Assembly: GCA_036337435.1 (NCBI GenBank)
Contig: JAYZEG010000058.1
Location: 32,001 to 96,000 of the forward strand
Direction: 5' to 3'
Length of the DNA: 64,000 nt
From: Myxococcota bacterium
Lineage (GTDB): Bacteria > Myxococcota_A > Bradymonadia > UBA7976 > UBA1532
Notes under the pieces: generated by a model
The model's input: the letters and a program-made list of their open reading frames with translations, nothing else
The model's database searches: none
What the model was told of the DNA's origin: nothing
Shown: one piece after another, positions 58,121 to 64,000 of the stretch
Numbering within the stretch: position 1 is the stretch's first letter
Layout: each line of letters starts with the position of its first letter
Translations under genes and position numbers: made by a program

Positions 58121-58858
58121 TCACGATGTCCGTCTATTGGTGTCTGGCTTCAAGAGTTCGCTCACGTCTAACTGCCCCTTCTCAATCAGGCGGTCCATCA
58201 GACGCACCAAGAGAATATCTCTGACTGAATCTGACTGTTCGAGACAGGCACGAAGTGCTTTTCGGCCCTTCTGAGGATCGAGTTCAACCATTTCTTGCCC
58301 GGCAATATAGGGACCGAGCATATTTTCGAAAGCATCAAAAAACGGTGTTGCTTCCGATTCTATTTTTTCCCCTTCGTCGCTCTCATTTATGTCCTCAGGG
58401 GCGATACCCATAAGGGGTTCGAAGGGGCATTGATAAGCTTTAACGATCGCCGAACAGATGTCTGATGGTGTCGTGATCAGCGGGCGGATTCTTAAACCGG
58501 TTTTTCGATAGACCGCTCGAATCGTATGAACATCTAAAGGGTTTGCCATGGCCAGCAAAAGGAACTGAAAACCGTCTAAATAAAGGATCTCAATTGGGAA
58601 AATTAAGTAGCGTCGACAGTCCTCGGCCGACAGTTTTTGGATTGCGCCTGGTTCTGCGACGCAGTCATCAAGTGATACCCGTGCGAGCCTCAAATGTTTT
58701 GATAAACCCCGAACAAGTGGCTCTTCCTCAACAAGCTCAGCACCGACAAAACTCTCTATCAAGGCGCGATTGAATGTTCTCGAATGAGCCTCAGCCGCAA
58801 CAATCGAGTGCGAGTTGGCCATGTTTGCATTATGTAGAAAGGCACTTAATGCCATCAT
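58121..58858 (-). CDS. Stand-alone T2SSE_N/MshEN (GspE/PilB N-terminal-like) domain protein
   Basis: LSAEDCRRYLIFP, LLLAMANPLD, TGLRIRP..I..AIVKAY; no Walker motifs. Confidence 0.8.
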   Translation of the reverse strand: MMALSAFLHNANMANSHSIVAAEAHSRTFNRALIESFVGAELVEEEPLVRGLSKHLRLARVSLDDCVAEPGAIQKLSAEDCRRYLIFPIEILYLDGFQFLLLAMANPLDVHTIRAVYRKTGLRIRPLITTPSDICSAIVKAYQCPFEPLMGIAPEDINESDEGEKIESEATPFFDAFENMLGPYIAGQEMVELDPQKGRKALRACLEQSDSVRDILLVRLMDRLIEKGQLDVSELLKPDTNRRTS

Positions 58859-58896
58859 TGAGCGATCCTCTTAAGTCCATTTGACGTGACATCAAC

Positions 58897-59667
58897 CTAT
58901 GGGATTGGTTCCACAACAATGCCGCGAGGCGGACTTAACGTAAAGACTTCTGATGCCAACCGTGGATTCAGCGATGAATCTTTGATCGTCATGTCGATAC
59001 TGAGGTCTTCATCGGGCACTTCGAAACGAACGCGTCTGGGAATCACATCATCCCCAGTCCCCGAGTAATCGCCCATCCTGACCTTGTACAAGACACGACC
59101 ATTTAAGCGCGTTTCTAATCGGGTCACACGATAATATTCCGGCTCAAAATGAATCATTTGCATGAGTGCTTCTGATGTCAAATGAACTCGATATCGGCCT
59201 GTTTTTGAGTCCCAATGCAATTTCGTTTGCTCGGCTCGAATTCGCGGTATTGCGCCACGTAAGAGTGACGCGAGTTCGGGCGGGGACATGGGTACGGGAA
59301 GTAATCGGGACAGTGCTGTTTGTGTGACTGGACCTAAGAAGAAGCGTCCTTCCTTGGAGTCGAAGATCATAAGTCTGGATCCATCACTGGCAAGGGTCAT
59401 GAGCGGATTCCCAAATGGTGAAATTACCTCAATGCGCAGTCGACCTTGATCATCCGCAGCCAAATACTGACGCAACTTAACCCTCTCGCCCCTTTGCCAA
59501 ATCTCAACATCGAGTTCTGCCGTTAGACTCCTCAGTGCGGCATCCCGTCGGTCAATGGAAGTGAGCAGAGGACCCGGCTCATTCAGTGCGTTGCGAGGCT
59601 TGGGAAAGCCACCGCAGCCCATGATTATCAAAACAGAAAAGATGGTCAGTTTTGGATTTTTTTCCAT
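58897..59667 (-). CDS. LolA/LolB-fold (DUF4292-like) lipoprotein
   Basis: Lipobox IMGC; RLRIEVISPFG..L.SDG; NP.L..EVFTL.PP end. Confidence 0.75.
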   Translation of the reverse strand: MEKNPKLTIFSVLIIMGCGGFPKPRNALNEPGPLLTSIDRRDAALRSLTAELDVEIWQRGERVKLRQYLAADDQGRLRIEVISPFGNPLMTLASDGSRLMIFDSKEGRFFLGPVTQTALSRLLPVPMSPPELASLLRGAIPRIRAEQTKLHWDSKTGRYRVHLTSEALMQMIHFEPEYYRVTRLETRLNGRVLYKVRMGDYSGTGDDVIPRRVRFEVPDEDLSIDMTIKDSSLNPRLASEVFTLSPPRGIVVEPIP

Positions 59668-61208
59668 TCTCGCTCATGATCTTTTTTACGGTCTGCATTT
59701 TGCTCTAAACGCATGGCTTTCTCGTAAAAGCTCAATGCAGACCTATATTTTTTCAATTGGCGTAATGTACACGCCATGTGGAGTAAAATTTCCGGTTCAT
59801 TGGGCAGTCTCTGAAGCGACCGACGAAACAACCCTAATGCTTGTTCAAATCGACCACGTCGATAAAGAATCCAACCCAGGGAATCCAAATAAGCTGGATG
59901 CTCGGGCCTTTCCTTCAAAGCTCGATTCAATAGAATTTCGGCTCGGTCAAGATTCTCGCCTCGCTGAGCCCACTCATAGCCCATGTAATTGAGAGCTGGA
60001 GCGTGATTTGGGTCTAGCTCAAGTACAGTCTTGATTTCTTCAGTAAATCCATCGATATCACCTGTCTGATGTAAAGCGACTGCATAGGAAAATCGCAGTT
60101 CTGCGTCGGCCAGATATGAGCTCATCTCGATGGACAATTCAGATCGAGCCCTCGCATACATTTCTGCTCGCATGAGCCCCTTAATTAAATCGACAAAAAC
60201 ACCCCGATTTCGTGGAAATAAGGAGCGTCTCTGTCCAAGTATCGAAACAGCTCTTCGAGGCTCTCCCGCACGAAACCCGGCCTCCACCGCAACCTCAATC
60301 AACTTCGCTGGTGCGTAGGGATTGGGTATGATTGGCTCGGCGAGCTCAATCGCTTTCTTCCAGCGACCATTCGCAAATGCTGACAACAGAAGGCGCTCTC
60401 TCACCGTTATCAGCTCCGGTCGATGAACAATAAGCTTGCTGTAAAATAAAGGGATGGCTGGGGCTAATGTCGGAGAAACCATGGATTTCAGAAATCGGTC
60501 CATCACCCGAACCGGCCAATCCTTCAATGAATCAAATAGGACGTTGGCTGCCAGTGGATAATCCTTGGACAAACTTGTGAGGGCCAAAACAGAGCCAAAC
60601 ATTTTCCTCTTCAAAACCTGATTTGTCTGGTCTTTCTTGTCAGCTGTTTTCTTTAATAGCCGAAACGCACGATAGTGTGCTTCTGCGGCGGGTTTTAATC
60701 GTTTGCTTTCCCGATAAGCATCGCCCAGCATGATCCAGTCAGAAACCCGATTATCATCGAGTTCTGTCGCCACACGCAAATCCAAGACAGCTTCTTCAAA
60801 CTGTTTAGATTTAAATCGCCTTTGACCACGCTGAGACCAATACTCGGACATGCCTGTATTTTTAGACAATTGCGATTGAACACGCGTGCCGATGAGGGAC
60901 TCGACTAGAGGCCGTAAATCGCGATGGTGCTCGTTAAGGAGTGCTGCCTGCACGAGAGCGGCTTCAGCCCGCCCGAACTGCTCTTCTGCGATCCATGATT
61001 TGGCTGCCCAAATCCAGTGGTCTGCAGACGCATTCTTTTCGCCCAGCCTTTCATAAATCGTGGCCGCTCGAACAAAGTGCCTGTCGGCGTACGCTTGCTT
61101 AGCACTGCCCAAATCATAGACCAATGGTCGGCCTTGATGACCACCACATCCGAGACAGAGGACACACAGAAACGGAATGCTAAAATAATGACGGTAGGCT
61201 GTGACCAT
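59646..61208 (-). CDS. TPR-repeat lipoprotein
   Basis: Lipobox CLGC; ALNYMGY, YLDSLGWILYRRG, EILLH TPR motifs. Confidence 0.9.
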   Translation of the reverse strand: MVTAYRHYFSIPFLCVLCLGCGGHQGRPLVYDLGSAKQAYADRHFVRAATIYERLGEKNASADHWIWAAKSWIAEEQFGRAEAALVQAALLNEHHRDLRPLVESLIGTRVQSQLSKNTGMSEYWSQRGQRRFKSKQFEEAVLDLRVATELDDNRVSDWIMLGDAYRESKRLKPAAEAHYRAFRLLKKTADKKDQTNQVLKRKMFGSVLALTSLSKDYPLAANVLFDSLKDWPVRVMDRFLKSMVSPTLAPAIPLFYSKLIVHRPELITVRERLLLSAFANGRWKKAIELAEPIIPNPYAPAKLIEVAVEAGFRAGEPRRAVSILGQRRSLFPRNRGVFVDLIKGLMRAEMYARARSELSIEMSSYLADAELRFSYAVALHQTGDIDGFTEEIKTVLELDPNHAPALNYMGYEWAQRGENLDRAEILLNRALKERPEHPAYLDSLGWILYRRGRFEQALGLFRRSLQRLPNEPEILLHMACTLRQLKKYRSALSFYEKAMRLEQNADRKKDHEREWKKIQN

Positions 61209-61226
61209 ATCGTGAGCAGTTTACTT

Positions 61227-62351
61227 TCAAAGTGTCGCGACTGGAATCATATCACCCGCATAGGGGAGCAAAAGAATATTATTTGCCCCTGCCTTTTGCA
61301 AAGCGTCTTCAATAGATGGAGAGTATTCGGCAAACGTTTCGCGAACAGCCTCTTCTGGCAAATCGCTTATGAGTATAATTTTATGGGTTTCAGGGAGAAG
61401 TGGTCGCAGGCCAAGACGATAGATACCCTCGTTGATCACGGCCGTTGGACCTAAACCATCTGCGCATTCGGCACAGAGAATAAGGGTTCCTCCAGGTTTC
61501 AATACTTGGGCTGCCGGTGGGATCAACTTACACGCCTGGTAGAGATTCATTGTCGTCGGAACTCTATCGGATACAATCACGGTCTCTGATTTATCAATAA
61601 CCTCAGTCTCATAAATGTGACGAGCCAGTTCAACACCCGCCCGGTGAGCAGTTACCGGATGCCCTGAGATGTAATGAACGACATCGTCCTCAATGTCCCG
61701 AATGACATTGATTATGTAGGACAGACCGGCCATCTCCGCCGCCTCTTCCATGTCGAGTCGACATGGATTTGTACTCACCTGACCGAGTCGAGCATTCGCC
61801 TCTGCTTTGAGTAGATGATTTTTCCAAATGCCGTCTTCACGAGCGACACCCGGAAACAAGGTCTTTGCCCCCCCGGAATAACCCGCAAAGTAATGAGGTT
61901 TAATTTCGCCCAGAAGAATCCTTAGGTCAGCCCTGATAACCACGTCAGGATATGCGACTGGGGTCTGTCTTTGTGTGTGACCTAAAAAAACTAAATCCGC
62001 GGCATTGGCATCATGGCACCAATGACTGAGCCCAGATGATTGACTCGGATGTTTTCCCGCCGCAATGCCGATTGACACCGATTTGCCCTCCAACATCGGA
62101 AGCAACTTCGGCAGAACCAGCGACGCAACATCGAAGCGGGTTTCATCAGGTATCAAAATAGCAATTGACGCAACGCGATTGAGGAGTTCGCTAAAGGGCT
62201 GACAACCGACGGGATGTCTTAATGTCGCATCCAAATCAGACGGAACGATGTCACGATGGCTGGACCTTCGCCTCACGAGTACTCGGGTTGACCTGGGCAG
62301 TCGGATCGAGCGCGGCTGCCGACCCCATCCGATGGTGAATCTTCGTGTCAT
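61227..62351 (-). CDS. LarA-family (lactate racemase domain, nickel-pincer) enzyme
   Basis: PDETR, AGKH, PHYFAGYSGGAK, KNH, NLYQACK, AECADG. Confidence 0.85.
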   Translation of the reverse strand: MTRRFTIGWGRQPRSIRLPRSTRVLVRRRSSHRDIVPSDLDATLRHPVGCQPFSELLNRVASIAILIPDETRFDVASLVLPKLLPMLEGKSVSIGIAAGKHPSQSSGLSHWCHDANAADLVFLGHTQRQTPVAYPDVVIRADLRILLGEIKPHYFAGYSGGAKTLFPGVAREDGIWKNHLLKAEANARLGQVSTNPCRLDMEEAAEMAGLSYIINVIRDIEDDVVHYISGHPVTAHRAGVELARHIYETEVIDKSETVIVSDRVPTTMNLYQACKLIPPAAQVLKPGGTLILCAECADGLGPTAVINEGIYRLGLRPLLPETHKIILISDLPEEAVRETFAEYSPSIEDALQKAGANNILLLPYAGDMIPVATL

Positions 62352-62568
62352 TTCAACTGATCAGTGGAATGGATTTTCGCACCTACTTTTGTCAAATATT
62401 AGCACGCGATGTCATCAGGATATCAATCTCTCTTAAGTGTGTCCTAGATTTTTCATAGAGCAACAGTGTATTAAGACAGGGACAACGAGAGCATCGGCAT
62501 GATTTAAGATTCAAATCGATGACATCGGGGTCCGTGTAAGCGGATTGGATAAAGGGCGTGGAGGACGA

Positions 62569-63330
62569 ATGAAGCTGGCTGCTGCAGGGCGAACTCATGT
62601 TGGTATGAAGCGCGCTCATAATGAGGACTCCCTCAGGCTATGCCGTGAGGAGGGCTTATTCATTGTTGCCGACGGAATGGGGGGCCATGCGTCAGGCGAA
62701 GTTGCAAGTCAAATGTCAGTCGAAACTCTCGCCGAATTCTTTCGGGCAACTGCGGATGACGACGAAATCACGTGGCCCTACAAGATGGAGAAAGATCGGC
62801 GCTACGATGAAGGTCGCATTATGACCGGAATTAAGCTCAGCAACCGGCGAATCTTCGAATCGGCAAGTCGGGACTCTCGTCTTAAAGGCATGGGTACGAC
62901 CATTGTTGCTACATTTTTCAACGAGAAAGAATGCTATATCGGACATGTCGGCGATAGTCGCGTTTACCGATTCCGCGATGGAAAGCTGATGCAACTTACA
63001 GAAGATCACTCGTTGCTCAACGACTACATTAAGATGCGACAGCTCACACCCGAAGAAATTGAGGCGTTTCCACATAAAAATGTAATTGTTCGCGCACTGG
63101 GCATGAAAGAAACTGTTCAGGTTGATGTGCTTACCGAAGCTCCGCAATCGGGCGATGTTTATCTCCTCTGCTCTGACGGCTTGTCAGGCATGGTCACCGA
63201 TGAAAATATGGAACATATCCTGAAGCAAGGCGATGACCTAGATTTGTCATGCGAACGTCTCATCGATGCCGCCAATGACAACGGTGGCACTGACAACATC
63301 ACAGTCATCCTCATCAAGTGTCTTGACTAA
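62569..63330 (+). CDS. PP2C/PPM Ser/Thr phosphatase (myxobacterial Pph1-like)
   Basis: THVGMKRAHNED, VADGMGGH, TWPYKM, GMGTT, HVGDSR, CSDGL, GGTDNIT; ATG 62569 after GGAGG. Confidence 0.95.
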   Translation: MKLAAAGRTHVGMKRAHNEDSLRLCREEGLFIVADGMGGHASGEVASQMSVETLAEFFRATADDDEITWPYKMEKDRRYDEGRIMTGIKLSNRRIFESASRDSRLKGMGTTIVATFFNEKECYIGHVGDSRVYRFRDGKLMQLTEDHSLLNDYIKMRQLTPEEIEAFPHKNVIVRALGMKETVQVDVLTEAPQSGDVYLLCSDGLSGMVTDENMEHILKQGDDLDLSCERLIDAANDNGGTDNITVILIKCLD

Positions 63331-63349
63331 GCAAATTGACGGGACGATT

Positions 63350-64000
63350 TCATTTGTAGATGACGGTGTTGCAGGTCGATTCCGCCACGCTTAGATTCGG
63401 CCATATGACAGTGTTGCTCAACTCGACACCAGACAATACTTTGACACCATGATCAACAAACGTGTACGGGCCAACCGATGCGCCTGCCTCAATGTGGGCA
63501 TCAGGCATGATCACACAAGGACCAATGATCGTTGCACTGCTGTCAACGCGAGCCTTCTCGGATATCCTGCGGCCTTGTGAATCAGCACACGGCAAATGAG
63601 ACACAAAGAAGTGTCCATCAAGAATTTGACGATGCGCATCAAGATAACGGTCGATATTGCCCACATCAATCCACTGACTATCTGGTCGCATGAATTGACC
63701 AAAGATCGGCCCTTTCTGTTTCAGAACGGCCTGGTAAGCGGTCCGCAGAACATCGCAAGGCCCATCGGAAATCATTCGGATTAAACTTGGTTCGATAATC
63801 TGAACCCCAGTGAATGCGCCGTAGAACAAAGTCAGCGAGTCAGCACCAGGGGCATCCATTTCAGCGATTCTATGCAATCGTCCAGTTCCGTCGATGCCCA
63901 CCCGACCAAAAGGCGCACCAGGTTCTACATATCTCAAAAGAAGCGTACCCATTGCGCCATTTTCGTAGTGTTTTTCGAGAGCCGGCCCGATATCGAAATC
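63350..64000 (-). CDS. NDP-sugar pyrophosphorylase/nucleotidyltransferase with left-handed beta-helix tail (N-terminus outside the window)
   Basis: Frame open to the right edge (DFDIGPALEKHYENGAMGTL); FGRV, FTGVQII, WIDVG..RYL, hexapeptide repeats. Confidence 0.85.
   Translation of the reverse strand, partial: DFDIGPALEKHYENGAMGTLLLRYVEPGAPFGRVGIDGTGRLHRIAEMDAPGADSLTLFYGAFTGVQIIEPSLIRMISDGPCDVLRTAYQAVLKQKGPIFGQFMRPDSQWIDVGNIDRYLDAHRQILDGHFFVSHLPCADSQGRRISEKARVDSSATIIGPCVIMPDAHIEAGASVGPYTFVDHGVKVLSGVELSNTVIWPNLSVAESTCNTVIYK

Noticed and set aside
1..64000. tRNA, rRNA, SRP RNA, tmRNA or IS elements
   Set aside because: None recognised by eye in the few intergenic gaps; a tRNAscan/Infernal run would be needed to exclude them formally.

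Overview
Gene-dense bacterial chromosomal window with about 57 genes and many overlapping start/stop codons. I recognised no rRNA, tRNA, CRISPR array, transposase, integrase or phage structural gene. The gene content points to a Myxococcota-type (former deltaproteobacterial) genome of moderate GC; this is inference from three PEGA-type Hanks kinases, two PP2C phosphatases, an FHA protein, DxDCDG Cys/Asp repeat proteins, FGE-fold lipoproteins, a stand-alone T2SSE_N protein, a paralogous Hsp70 and a split RdgC. Housekeeping genes (ffh, cdsA, rseP, tsaB, gpsA, prmC, panBC, manC/pmm, rne, punA, hinT, ttcA, moaB) are interleaved with envelope and signalling genes. Best leads: (1) the rne locus, where a very acidic disordered protein lies just upstream of a multi-hairpin leader and an RNase E with a long basic histone-H1-like tail, followed by Nudix-MBL, PNP and HIT genes; (2) a lidless Hsp70 coupled to a receiver-like/J-domain protein at the head of the cdsA-rseP operon; (3) a kinase/TPR-PEGA/FGE-fold module whose FGE protein has a 12-Cys insertion; (4) a membrane sulfatase-fold protein with degenerate catalytic motifs; (5) a 920-aa Kazal/antistasin mosaic lipoprotein; (6) an unannotated 39-aa ORF coupled to a glycosyltransferase pair. 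All calls come from motif reading by eye; no database search or computation was run.
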